Origin: Carcharhinus longimanus
Taxonomy: Eukaryota
Length of the DNA stretch: 64,000 bases
Reading direction: 5' to 3'
Assembly: GCA_030264375.1 (NCBI GenBank)
Contig: JASCQW010000122.1
Span: 43,467,313 to 43,531,312, forward strand
Below are positions 39,615-51,790 of this stretch, piece by piece; position 1 is the stretch's first letter; every line of letters starts with the position of its first letter. A program made the translations under genes and the position numbers. Below the pieces are notes generated by a model, which was given only the letters and a program-made list of their open reading frames with translations, ran no database searches and was not told the DNA's origin.

Positions 39615-42530
39615 CATTTACAGTACATAAGCTATTCAGCTGGTACAGTTCTCCACTGGCTGATAAGAGGATGTCCAGCCTAAACAAGTCAGCCTTTCTG
39701 ACTTTGTAACCGTTAGTTAGGGCACTTGAAGTGCATATCCAAGTTTTTCCTTAAATGTGATGAAAGTTTCTACCTTTTAGCTCCCATTCAGGCAGGGAGT
39801 GCCAGATTTGCATTCCTCTCTGACTGGAAAAGCTTCTCATCAAATCCAGTCTGATCTTCCTGCCATTAACCTCAAATTAATGTCTCCTGGTTATTGAATT
39901 CTCTGTAAATAGAAATGGATTCTACCTATTTCCTACCGGGCACTTAAATTTATATATCTCAATTAATTCTCTCCTCAGTGACTTCTGTTCCAAGGAAAAC
40001 AAGCTCTGCCTGTCCAGTCTTTCCTAATAATTGGAATTTTCAATGTCCTCGTGGTTTCCTCCCTACCCTTTTTAGTGTGATCATATCCTTCCTGTAATGC
40101 GATGACTGGAACGGCATACAAATCTCTCGTTGTGGTCTGACCTAGTGTTTGATGTCATCTCGTTGCTCCTATNNNNNNNNNNNNNNNNNNNNNNNNNNNN
40201 NNNNNNNNNNNNNNNNNNNNNNNNNNNNNNNNNNNNNNNNNNNNNNNNNNNNNNNNNNNNNNNNNNNNNNNNTCTGACCTAGTGTTTGATGTAATCTCGT
40301 TGCTCCTATTCTCTAAGCCTTGGCTAATGAAGGGAAGTATCCTGTATGTCCATTAACCACCTTATCACCAGCCCTGCTACTGTAGCTTGGATTATTAGGC
40401 TAGTGACCTAAGCATTATGTCTTAAGTATCCTGGATTACTAGGCCAGTAATATAACCACTACCTTACTGTGCCCAGGATTATTAACTGAGTGACGTAACG
40501 ACAATATTAATAATCCATGGAAGAACAATGCAACAACAACAACTCTTGCACTAGTTTACCCCGAATTATCAGTCCTGAAACATGACTGTTACACTATTGT
40601 ACCCTTGTACAGTGAGGGAGAAAGTTGCTTTAAAAAGAAGGACTGAAATGTTGTCTGCAGGACCATTAATAGCAAGAGCCAAGGTTAAAGTTGAGCCACT
40701 AAGAAATGGAGCAAATTTGTAGTGGAGAATTAAGATATAGCAATGTAAATAAGAAGTTAGCTTTCATAAGAGAGATGACTATCACAAATATATGAATTAG
40801 GAACAGGAGTCGCCTATTTGGTTCTTCAGGCCTGCTCTGCTTTTTCATAAGGTCATGGCTGGTCTGATGTAATCTCAACACCATATTCCCACCTACCCTC
40901 TACAACCTATTCCAACACTGCTTTTCAAAAATTTACCCACCTGTGTCTTAAAAGTACCCAAAGACTCTGCTTCCAATGCCTTTTGAGGAAGAGACTTCTA
41001 AAAATTCACAGTCCTCAGACAGGATATTTCTGTTCATCTTCATATTATATGGATGACCCTTTATTTTTAAACGGTGACCCCAGTTCTAGATTCTCCCATG
41101 AGGAAACATTCTCTTCATATCCAACCTGTCAGTCCCCCTCAGAATCTTGCTCTGAATCACTTCTTTGGTGATTGCAATTTTCTTGAGTTTCTTCCAATTC
41201 CTGATTTACAGCTATTTCTGGGATGTTTCTTGTATCCTCTGGAGAAGACTGATTTTAAAAAAACAATTCAATCTACCTGCCATCACCTTATTTTCTATTA
41301 TTCGTTTTTGATAGTCTGTCTAATCTTCCTACCTGCCACTCCTTTTGCATAATTATATGCTTCATCTTTCAAGTTGATATCTTTTAACTTTTTTATTTAA
41401 CTACAGATGGTGGATCCGCCCCTTGGAATTTTTTTCTCGTTGGAATGTACCTATTCCGTGTATTCTGAAACATCCCTTTAAATGTCTGCCACTGTATCTC
41501 TATGGACCTATCCTGCAACCTAATTTGCCAGTTCACTTAGCTAGCTCTGCTTTTGTGCCCTCATTTAAGTTTGAAATACTATTCTTAGATGCACTCTCCT
41601 CTCTTAAACTGAATGTAAAATTCAGTCTTGTCATGAATGCTGCTAGCTACGGGCGCTTTCATTATAAGATCATTAATTAATCCTATCTCATTGCTCAACT
41701 CTGGCCCCAGTATAGCCTGCTTTCTGGATAGTGCCAGAACATGCTATTTTAAGAAACTATCCCAAAAACATTCCATGATTTCCTCATGCCTTATACACCA
41801 CTCCCAAAAGTGACTTCTTGCCTGTACAATTTTCATTTCTACTCAAACCACACCTACATCCTGATGTCCTGAACCTGGGTCATCTCTCTCTGTTGTCTGA
41901 ATACTATCCTTAGTCTAGAGAGCCCCGCACATCTTTTCCTAGCTTCCTGCCCTTCCTAAATTTGACGTGCCCTTCAAATGTTCAGATTCTAATCAGTCAC
42001 CCTGTAGCAATGTCGCTGTAATGGTGATCACATCATACTATTTTATTTCTATTAGCACTATCAGTTCATCGGCTTTGTTTCAAATGCCTACGGACACTGA
42101 GATATAAAGCTTTTAGTTTTATTCTTCTTATTATTTTTGTAATCTTTAGCACTACCTACGAATTTGTCCTCTATGTCCATGCCTATTGCTGCCTGTTTAT
42201 CATTTTCCACATTAATATCTTTCTCTCATGTCATGTCTCTGTTTGATTTAACACAGCTTTCCAAATTTGATCCCTTCTGCCCATTGTTTAGTTTAAAGCC
42301 CTCTCTACTTTCCTAGTTATGCAGCTTGCTAGTGCATTGAGCCCAACATGGGTCAGGTATAGACCAACCTAACAGTATTGCCGCCACTTTCCCTAGAATT
42401 TGGTGCCGTTGAATGAGAGCCCACTTCTTCCACACCAGTCTTTGAGCTATGCATTCATCGCTCTAATTTTATGTACCCTATGCCAATTTGTATGTTGTTC
42501 AGGTAATCTGGAGATTATTCTCTTTAAGGT
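39615..42530 (-). mobile_element. Cluster of decayed CR1 fragments
   Basis: CR1 3' ends at about 39615 and 40795, followed by ORF2/ORF1 remnants in reverse. Confidence 0.65.
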
Positions 42531-42809
42531 TGTAGCATTGTGAAAATTTGAGTGTTAAATGTTTGTGGAAGTTATTCAAGGATAGATGATCGGAAACAAG
42601 TTACTGTAGCACAGGTTGGACAAATCATTAGATACTTGTGGCTTATCTCTGAGGAAACTGAGAGAAGCTAGTAAAGATCTATCCGAGGACTTGACTACAA
42701 CTTTCAAATATTTTGTAGAAAAGACACCTGTGCCAAAACAAATGTAATGACCCTTTCCAGAAAATTAGACACAATAACTGTCAGACTTTATAATTTATTA
42801 TAAGTTATA

Positions 42810-43714
42810 ATAAATCATTGTTTGAGCAACCTGGTAGAATTATTTGAAGAAATAATACAGCAGCTAGATAACAGAAATGCAGTGGATTTGGTTTTAACAT
42901 AATTTCAAGAAACAGTTGACAAGGTAACACGTGAGAGACTTAATTCCATTATTTTTACTCTAAGGGGAAGCGGCCGCATGGATAGGGAGATAGTTGACGA
43001 GCACAAAGCAATGGGTATGGACAAAAGGAAGTTAGATTGGAAAGATGTGGTGAGTTGTATTCCACAGCATTTTGCATCCAAGCTACTCTTATTTATCAAA
43101 AATATGAATGATCGTAGAATCCTGCAGTGCAGGAGGAGGCTATTTAGCCTATTGAACCTACAATGACAGCAATCCCATTGAGGCTCTATTCCTGCAATCC
43201 CGTGTATTTGTGCTCCTAATCTCCCTGACGCTAAGGAACTGTTTAGCATGGCCAGTCCACCTAAACTGAAGATCTTTGGATTGTGGGAAGAAACTGGATC
43301 ACCTGGAGGAAACCCATGCAGACAATCACCCACAGCTGGAATTGAAGATTCCTTGAGCTGTGAGGCAGCAGTGCTAAGCATTGTGCCACCATGACTCCCC
43401 TAACTAGTCTAGACTTTCTAATTGATGGAACTATATCGAGATTTGCTGATACATTTAGGGGAAGGGGGAGTGAAAAATTGTTGTAAGGGATGTGAAATAC
43501 TTCAGGAGAACAGTCAATTGACTAGCAGGATGGCCAAATAAGCAGCAAGTAAAAGTCATTGTAGAAAATGGGAAGTAAAACTACTTGTAATCGAGAATAG
43601 GACAACAGCACCTTAAGATAGGAAGAAGTTGGATAGAATAAAAGAGCAAAGAGTCCTTGTGTGATATTACACAGAGCATTCAAGACAACCGGACAAGTAT
43701 TTTAGCCCATTTAA
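42810..43714 (+). mobile_element. CR1 RT fragment, continuing at about 48170-48500 after the LTR element
   Basis: AVD..FQETVDKV (frameshifted) and RFAD motifs; resumes with DIEYK after the 3' LTR. Confidence 0.65.
43113..43392 (-). mobile_element. HE1-type SINE nested in CR1
   Basis: Head gcagcagtgctaagcattgtgccacc and CR1-like tail tagaatcctgcagtgcagg. Confidence 0.8.
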
Positions 43715-44660
43715 TATAATGCCCAGTAAACGCATGCCATGTTCATAATTTCCAAATAGGAAATTTACTTTGTGTGGAATCGTTTGGAACTGACTTTTCC
43801 TTCAAAGTGGGCAGTATGTGCTGAAAAAGATGACCACTGAGGGTCATCTAATCTGACCTGTGAATTAAAACTCTCACAAGGACAAAAGGGTACATTCCAG
43901 ACTAAGACGTGTCAACTGACCGTATCCTGAGACCATCCAAATGACATTCTTGAGTTGAGTGAGTCTCTCTGAAACAAAGATGGTGATTGTCTCAACTTTC
44001 CCTTAGAATGAATATCTTCAAACATTAAATCAGGTTGTGGCTAATCAACCTAGGACTAAACCATATTTGGTAAAAGAAGCTGAGAAGCGACAGATGGTAG
44101 CCGCGTTGATCTCCCTTTTAATCTTAAGGTGCTGACTACAGAAAGACACAGCAGAAGCAGAAAAACTGTAACATCGTAAGGTCTCCAAGCCTGTTCCTTT
44201 CTGGTCCACCAATATTGCCAACTGACCTTCTGGCAACAGGACTACAGGTAACTAACTTTGTGAACTGCAGAAAGTCCATCTCTTCGAGAGAATCCTGAAA
44301 AACACATTGGGGCATAACTCTGGCGATTCCAGTGACCTAAATTACACATCAGGAGTGAAGACATTCTTTCCATCAAGTCTGCAAAGTGTGTTTTCCAACA
44401 GGACAATCACATGGATTATGAGCTATTTTTGTTTATACCTTGTAAAAGTGCACTATTCTCTTCAACTGTACTTTCCTTGTGCTTGACTGTGTGAGTGAGT
44501 GCTCTAGCACTAAATTTTGAATTGAATGTGCAAATAAACAAAAAACTTACTGCTGGTTAATCAATTGTTCACATGTTTGGGTTAAGAAACACACCCACCT
44601 TCTCAAGCTAACTGATCAATGGACAGTAGGGTAGGGAAATGGGATCAGTAGTGTTCTAAA
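43715..44660 (+). repeat. 5' LTR
   Basis: Colinear with 47189-48165; shared blocks include ctcacaaggacaaaa, gattgtctcaact, tcttcaaacattaaa, tattctcttcaactg and cttctcaa(a)gctaactgat. Confidence 0.8.
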
Positions 44661-47188
44661 AGAATTGGGAACTGCATCTGNNNNNNNNNNNNNNNNNNNN
44701 NNNNNNNNNNNNNNNNNNNNNNNNNNNNNNNNNNNNNNNNNNNNNNNNNNNNNNNNNNNNNNNNNNNNNNNNNNNNNNNNNNNNNNNNNNNNNNNNNNNN
44801 NNNNNNNNNNNNNNNNNNNNNNNNNNNNNNNNNNNNNNNNNNNNNNNNNNNNNNNNNNNNNNNNNNNNNNNNNNNNNNNNNNNNNNNNNNNNNNNNNNNN
44901 NNNNNNNNNNNNNNNNNNNNNNNNNNNNNNNNNNNNNNNNNNNNNNNNNNNNNNNNNNNNNNNNNNNNNNNNNNNNNNNNNNNNNNNNNNNNNNNNNNNN
45001 NNNNNNNNNNNNNNNNNNNNNNNNNNNNNNNNNNNNNNNNNNNNNNNNNNNNNNNNNNNNNNNNNNNNNNNNNNNNNNNNNNNNNNNNNNNNNNNNNNNN
45101 NNNNNNNNNNNNNNNNNNNNNNNNNNNNNNNNNNNNNNNNNNNNNNNNNNNNNNNNNNNNNNNNNNNNNNNNNNNNNNNNNNNNNNNNATTTAAACAGGT
45201 TTTTAACAGGTAATTTCTTACCTGTCTCTCTGCTCCTTCACTCGTCTGCTCCAGCGATGACTGACATATTTTTAATAGCCTTTTAGAAACTTAAGAGCAA
45301 GTTAAAATGGCCTGAAGAAATTTGGACTCTTCTTGATACAGCGCTGAATAACAAGAAAAGGCTATGTGGTTTATGTTTTCTGAAGAAAGCTCTTGAAACA
45401 GAGTAAACAAGAGGTGTTTATGAATTAGTAATGGAAGCACACCACCAGAGATAAAGGAACACTCATTTAAAGCCCACTTGAAAATGAAACGACTCTCATT
45501 CAACTGGTGGGTAAATGTGTTCAAAATTGACCCCACCTATAAAAGATTGAGAGAGGCACTTTGGCTGGAGGAGTTCAAAAATTGCCTCCTCACTGGCCTT
45601 AAAAAATGTAGAGAGACAAGGAGTTCAAATGCCAGAGGAGCAGCCATCATAGGTGGTGACTTTAGTTTAACACAAACCTTTAACACAAAATAAGCTGACA
45701 TCTAGCAACTCTTACAGGCTACAGATGGTTGTAGACAAGCAGAAGTGGTCTGCAGAGGAAGGAACCTGGCTGATAAACCAGCAGATTACACCCAGTGCTT
45801 TTTCAGTGTGAAAAAGTCTAAGCATGCTCCAAAAAAGATCAACAGATTGTGCTGCAGCCAAGATACTGTCTGTAGGCATGGAGGTGGTGGATATGTGCTG
45901 CAATGTACCTGAACATCAGAGGAAAATGACTCCTTTTATATTCCAGGCACCGAGAAAAGGGAGAACCATTCTTGGGGATACAATTGTCTTCAAGTATCAT
46001 GGGTTTACTAAATGTTTCTTTAGTTGAAATTCATCTACTTGGTAAGTTGGTCACTATGTATTGATGGTCAGGGTCATTCCAAGCTAACCAATGCGGGAGG
46101 TCAACCTATTGCTGTGAAATTATTTGGCAGGTGTCAGACACTTTGTGCAGGGGAGGTGGAGTTGGGGGAGGGATGATTGAGGTCCACAGCAGTCCCACGG
46201 ATCTCGGGTAACTGAGGAGAATAAGTGAAATTCTACACTGCTCAAAAGGACGTCCCAAAAGTCCCACATGAATGATGGGACCAGTAAGGATTATGAAGGC
46301 TGAAGGAAAACTAGTAGAATTTCAAGAGGCCAAAATGGAGCCAGAGGAAGGTAAAGATACTGGGATTAAAAAGTGCCAAGTGAATGGTTGGCAGAAAGTA
46401 TCCTTGGTTCCCAAAAAGGGAAGCAAGAAGGAAATGCTTCACCTAGTTTAAATTCACAAGGGGGTGCAGCAGAAGCAGGACAGCCACTTGTGGTCAATAG
46501 TATCCCACAGGACATTGGTCTGATTGAGAGAAAACCCATCCCAACATAAAGGCAAAAGAAAAAGTAATAAATGCACCTCACGATGAACAGCACTTGTGAA
46601 CACCACAAGGAAAATAAGTCACATTATTGCGAACTTGTCCACTGGAGAATCAAATTGTCCAGTTCAAAAATCAAAGCAGGCTGAACTTAGAACTCACGAA
46701 GGAGAATAGCAGAAATTCACATCGGACAAACCTTGGAATAGAAAAGATGTCTCCACAACAACCTGTTAAATTTGACTCCTTCAGGGACAAATTTGAGTTT
46801 CCACAGAGCCTAAAACTCTCCAAACATTACATGTCTGCTGATCGTAATATCCGAACACATACAAATAGATGTTGGTGAAAATCCAACTCTGCTTGATAAT
46901 ACCTAACCAGCATTTAAAAAGTGGGAAAGTAGAAAGGGCTCTGGGTTTTCTGAACAGAAGCCATTCTAGGACCCAACACCAGAAGAAATTCAGTTATAAT
47001 TGTACCTCATCTAAAAAAAAGACAGTTTGAAGCAGAACAATGGCTGCTGCAGGCAAAGTCAGCGGTATTAATTATAAGAGTGTATGAATGTCCAGAATAT
47101 ATTAATTATTTCTCTTGCTTTACCTTAAAAATGATGTTATTTAAAAAATGGAATCAAGGTTTCATTTTTTCTTCCCATGCAGTGATGA

Positions 47189-48165
47189 TGTCATGCCCAT
47201 AAAGGCATCTCATATTCATAACTTGTAAAATATAAACTTTTACTTGGTGTGTGATCTTTCGGAACTGATTTTTCCATTAAAATGGACGGTATATGCTGCA
47301 AAAGACGGCTGACCTGATCTGTGAATTCAAAAACTCACAAGGACAAAATGTTGCTCTCCAGACTAAAAGGTGTTAGCTGCCCATATCCTGAGAGCTTCCA
47401 AATGGGTTGAGCTGAATGGGTCTTTCTGAAACCAAGGTGGCGATTGTCTCAACTCTCTTCAGAATGAATGTCTTCAAACATTAAACAAGGTTGTGGTTAA
47501 TCAGCCTAAGACCAAACTACATTTTGTAAAGGGAGCTGTGAGAAGCCACATGGTAGTGCAGCCATGTTGGTCTCAGTTTTGATCTTGAAAGTGTTGACTA
47601 CATAAAGATATAGCAGTAGAAGAAAGGACAGTAACATGTATGCCTTGAGAACCGAAGACTGAACATCTCCAAGCCTATTCCTTCTTGGGTCCAGAACTAC
47701 TATCAGCTAACCTTCTGGCATCAAGACAACAAGGGACATCTTTGCGACCTGCAGAAGTCCAGCTCTTTGAGAGAACCCTGAAAAACACTTTAGCACATGA
47801 CTCTGGCTTTCAAGTTAACTGAACTGTGCTTCAGGAGTGAAGATATGTTATCTATCAAGCTGACAACATACGTTTTCCAGAACAGGACAGTGACACAAAT
47901 TGTAAACTATTCCTTTTGTTTCTAACTTGTAGAAGTGCATTATTCTCTTCAACTGCACTTCTCTCGTGTGTGTTTGTGTGTTCGGCTGCATGAGTAAGTA
48001 CCATCACATTAGATTTCAGTATGCGTGTGAATAAACAATCTTACAAAAAGCTTGCTGCTGATTATTCAAATTGCCCAAGCACTTAGGAGTTAAGAAATAC
48101 GCACATCTTCTCAAAGCTAACTGATTACATTCAGCAGAGAAGGAAATAGAGATCAATAGTGTTCT
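47189..48165 (+). repeat. 3' LTR
   Basis: Starts TGTCATG; direct repeat of 43715-44660. Confidence 0.8.
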
Positions 48166-48983
48166 CTCGTGCTGTGCATTATATAGAGATATAGAATACA
48201 AAAAGCATGGAGATACAGGAATCTAACACTAGTTAATGGTGCTGTATGCAGTTTTAAGCACATAATTGTTGAAATTATATGCACTCAATGGAAAAGATTC
48301 ACTGGGGTATTACTAGAGATGAAGAGCGATTTTTGAGAAGTTGAGACTTTTTTCTGTCAGAACTGAAGTTAAAGACCAAAAGGTCTTCAAGATTACAAGA
48401 TTAGAATGAAGTATAAGTGACCCTTTCCTTCTGGTTCGTGAAATAAAGTGGACAAGTTATGGTACAAAGAATCAAAGGATGAATTTGAAAAAGTCTAGTC
48501 ACAGTGGGACTCATGGGACTGAGTAGTCTACCCTTGTTCATAACATATCTGTGTGTTAGTATGGAGGAAAGTATTGTCACAGACCTGGTGTACTGTAACA
48601 TTCTGTTGTGATTTTGAGAGTTGATAGCGAATCAGTTGTGAAGCTACTTTTGTTTTGGGGAAAATCAGACTTCAGATACACCATGGAATTGATTTTGACC
48701 AGATCGAGTGCAAGTGTTTGGAAATGTGTGTATAACAGTCCAGATTGGATTTGTCCAATATTTGCATGTTCTGTCTGCTTTTGTTTATATGGTCAAGCCA
48801 CTGGAATATCAGTGGATAACCTCTCTCTGATTTGAAGACTTGAGACATGGGTAGGCTAAGTAGATTTTTAAAATGTGAAATAACCTGAATAGCCATCTTT
48901 TTAAATCAAAGTTTGAGCAATCAGAAATAGTTTGAAGGTTTCTCCTCATGTCTTCAATCTTTGCTTTTTTTAAACTCCTACAG

Positions 48984-49107
48984 CTTTGGTCACATGATGA
49001 GTAAGGAGAAGCGTGATTCCATCAGCAAGGAAGATTTGGCCAGAGCAACGCTGGTCACTATCACAAACAATATTGGATCCATAGCTCGCATGTGTGCACT
49101 GAATGAG
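48984..49107 (+). CDS. PANK1: PANK1 coding exon 5 (124 nt)
   Basis: Not in the ORF track; read manually as (S)[41 protein letters not shown]. Acceptor ctcctacag| and donor GAG|gtaagc. Confidence 0.96.
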
Positions 49108-49807
49108 GTAAGCACTTGTTAATATAGATTACTTTGTTTGGTTACATTATTTATCAATTGCAGTAAACTGAGTCTCAGCTACAGGTACATCAGAGGTAAT
49201 AAAGTCTCGATGCCGAGCTAAAATGCAGCCTATTTGTAATTTGGATTTATTTTGTTCAAGTTGTCTGTTGGTTCAATTTTTTCTTGGTGGCACTAAAATT
49301 CACACTTTATTGTGTTGTTGACATTGCAAAATTCAAATTGTTGCATATTTCAAATGAATTAGCACCAGAAGAAACTGATTTAAAATTAGGCTACGATGTT
49401 ACTTTTTGCATACTGTTGATATTCAGAAACATAACTGGAAGGTTCATTTTTTTTTGTTACATGACATTGTTCTTGTGTTTGTTCAAATCATTCCCGTTTA
49501 CAGCGAAGAAAGCCCATGCTAGGTCATTAATCCAAATCATGGAGGGTCAGATGCCAGTGACTAATCAATTTGTTACTTTTTTTTGTCAGTAACACAGAGT
49601 TGGTTATTCTCTGGGGGCTGCCAAATAATCCAGGAATATCCTCGACGTGGAATACCAAAGGGTTGTCAAAGGCAACCTCTTTATAGACTTGCAGGGATAA
49701 TGTCAGCTAACTTGTTTTAAAACCATCGATTCTAAAACTGTTATCGTGTGATCTTTGTATCATATGCTACTACCCCAGTGGATGACAATGTCACAGTGCG
49801 CACAAAA

Positions 49808-49998
49808 GATAAAGACAAAATACTGCGGATGCTGGAATCCGCAACAAGAACAGAAAATGCTGGAGAAGCTCAGTAGGTCTGACGGCATCTGTGGAAAGAC
49901 AATAGAGCCAACATTTCGACTCTGACCCTGAGTCTGGACGGAGCTCAGCTCTGACAAAGGATCACCCAGACTTTCTCCAGCATTTTCTATTTTTGTCA
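49808..49998. repeat. Fold-back repeat with terminal inverted repeats; related pieces at about 21570-21685 and 61925-62010
   Basis: acagaaaatgctggagaa ... ttctccagcattttctattt inverted pair, with an internal ctctgacaaagg...cagac degenerate hammerhead-like motif. Confidence 0.6.
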
Positions 49999-50224
49999 TA
50001 GCACATACACTTGTCCTGCAGTGGAAATGAAGTGCAATTTATGGAAAGGATATGAAAATACTGGATAACTATAAACATCACATCTTTGCAGAATGAATGA
50101 AGTGTAGACATTTGGCCCCTAATTAGCCAAAATTCTTACGCTAATGCTTTGCTTCTTAAATTGCAGTAACAGAACACTACACGCTAACTTAGCATTCTTT
50201 TGTGGAATCCTAGTGACTTAATCT

Positions 50225-50520
50225 AAACCATGTGTCAGCCTCCGTCAAATAGAATACATTCCCATGGTGCAGTCTTTGGTTTTAAGCTAATTTTCTGAGT
50301 ATATCATGTGTTGCTTCCTGCAGTTTCCCCTCCATTGCGGAAAGTAACAATCATAGTAAGCCTTAGGGAAGAATGGGAGGTGGACCAGATCTTTTCCTCA
50401 CCAGCTGGACTAAGATCATCATGCTGATCCAAGAATATGAAATGATAAATACCAGTACTTACCTGACAGGGATGGAATCATGATCAAGCAGGGCTTTGAC
50501 ACTCTCCTGCCAGTTAAGTA
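50225..50520 (+). pseudogene. U1 snRNA-derived fragments directly upstream of the U2-derived element
   Basis: 50456-50492 TACTTACCTGACAGGGATGGAATCATGATCAAGCAGG is 29/37 ungapped to the U1 5' end. 50502-50520 is an inverted U1 5' end (17/19). 50306-50343 ATGTGTTGCTTCCTGCAGTTTCCCC...GGAAA resembles the U1 stem II/III region. Confidence 0.65.
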
Positions 50521-50619
50521 CACGATCAGACAAGTTCATCTCTCGGGCTAGGATAGAGTCAATGATCAGGGTAACCGATGAGGTTTAACCGAGACGTTAC
50601 CTGATGCAATTTTTCAAAA

Positions 50620-50775
50620 CCATCTCAGCCTTTTGGCTAAACTGAAAAACCAGGTCAAGCCCAAGATGGGGTGCAATGCCTCATCTTGTCAGCTTGGATC
50701 TTGTTTGTCTCCCTTGTCGGAACCATGGATTAGATTCAGTTTGAATTTGCTTTTCTTTTTGGATGGAATAAAAAT
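50620..50775 (+). mobile_element. Second copy of the U2-derived element (PANK1 intron 5)
   Basis: TCTCAGCCTTTTGGCTAA at 50623-50640 matches U2 stem I. 50655-50701 is 45/47 identical to the reverse complement of 62472-62518. The copy ends just after a TTTTTGGA motif. Confidence 0.8.
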
Positions 50776-50989
50776 TTGTGGAAAAAAACCCCACCAATAA
50801 TGGTTTAACTTTGGCAGGGGAGCGAAGCCTTGTTGCAAGTGATATTTCTGCAGAACGTAAGAAGCACCTTTTTAAAGTGTTTGTGATTTTTCTCTTCCCC
50901 CACTCAACCAAAATAACTCGGTTTCACATCAAAGATCCACCTATGATTTCGAGGCTTACGAGTCATCCTCAAACTCTTGCCTTTGTTTC

Positions 50990-51790
50990 CCACCTCCTTT
51001 GTTCTTCTTACGGCAATGGGCCATTCAGTTCCACCATTCACCGTGGCTGATCTGTATCTCGGCTCCATTTACCTGTCTTTGCTCCGCATCTCCTACTCCC
51101 TTTACTTGAAAAATGCCTATCTTTTGTCCCAGAATCCACAATGTATCTGGGGAGATATCTTCATATTTTCAGTGCTTTCTGATCTTGCACCAGTGTGGCC
51201 TAACTCACCAGCAATGTCATCTGCGCTCCTAATCTCTCTTCGTTAGAAATATTCTAATTTATGTTTCTTTGGTCTAGGGTGGATAAACTCATACTCTTCC
51301 ATGTTGAACTCCATCTGCCATAATTTGGTCCATTCACTTAATCTACCTATGGCCCTCTTTAACTTCCTGAATCTAGCTGCACAACTTGATATCATGTTCA
51401 AATTTGGATATGCAATGCTGTACCTTCTTTTAATCAGTTAATGTACATGGTGAAACATTGAGGCGCAGAGACAAATCCCTGTGGGAATATCACTTGCCAC
51501 ATGCAGCTAATCAGGGTGAATTAATTTCTCTCCTTTTTCTATGTTCCCTCTCTCAGTTGATTAATAATCTATGTCATATCATATTTGCTAAATATTTTGT
51601 CCCAAACCTGATCAAATATCTTCCTGAAGCCCATCCAGCCAAACATGTGTTGTGTCCACCACGCAAGTGACCTCCTCCGAAATTTCAACTAAATTGATCG
51701 AATGTGAAACATCTCTTGACATCCATTCTGACTGTCTTCCATTAGTTCATTCTTGTCCACATGCCTTGGGATTCTCTTCCAGAACTTAAC
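50990..51790 (-). mobile_element. Decayed CR1 fragment
   Basis: ggccattcag tail hairpin and catgttgaactccatctgcca (WQMEFN reversed). Confidence 0.65.

Larger units (their letters stand above)
43715..48165 (+). mobile_element. Internally deleted Ty3/Gypsy (Gmr1-like) LTR retrotransposon
   Basis: Two diverged direct repeats of about 0.95 kb (about 43715-44660 and 47189-48165). A degenerate tRNA-Pro-like PBS tggggact follows the 5' LTR. Gag-like remnant LREALWLEEFKNCL...AAII at 45478-45693 and a protease-like remnant near 46060-46135. Confidence 0.7.

Noticed and set aside
44665-45213. Long ORFs in the ORF track made of X residues (also 33853-34292 and 19186-19422)
   Set aside because: Artefacts of translating N runs.
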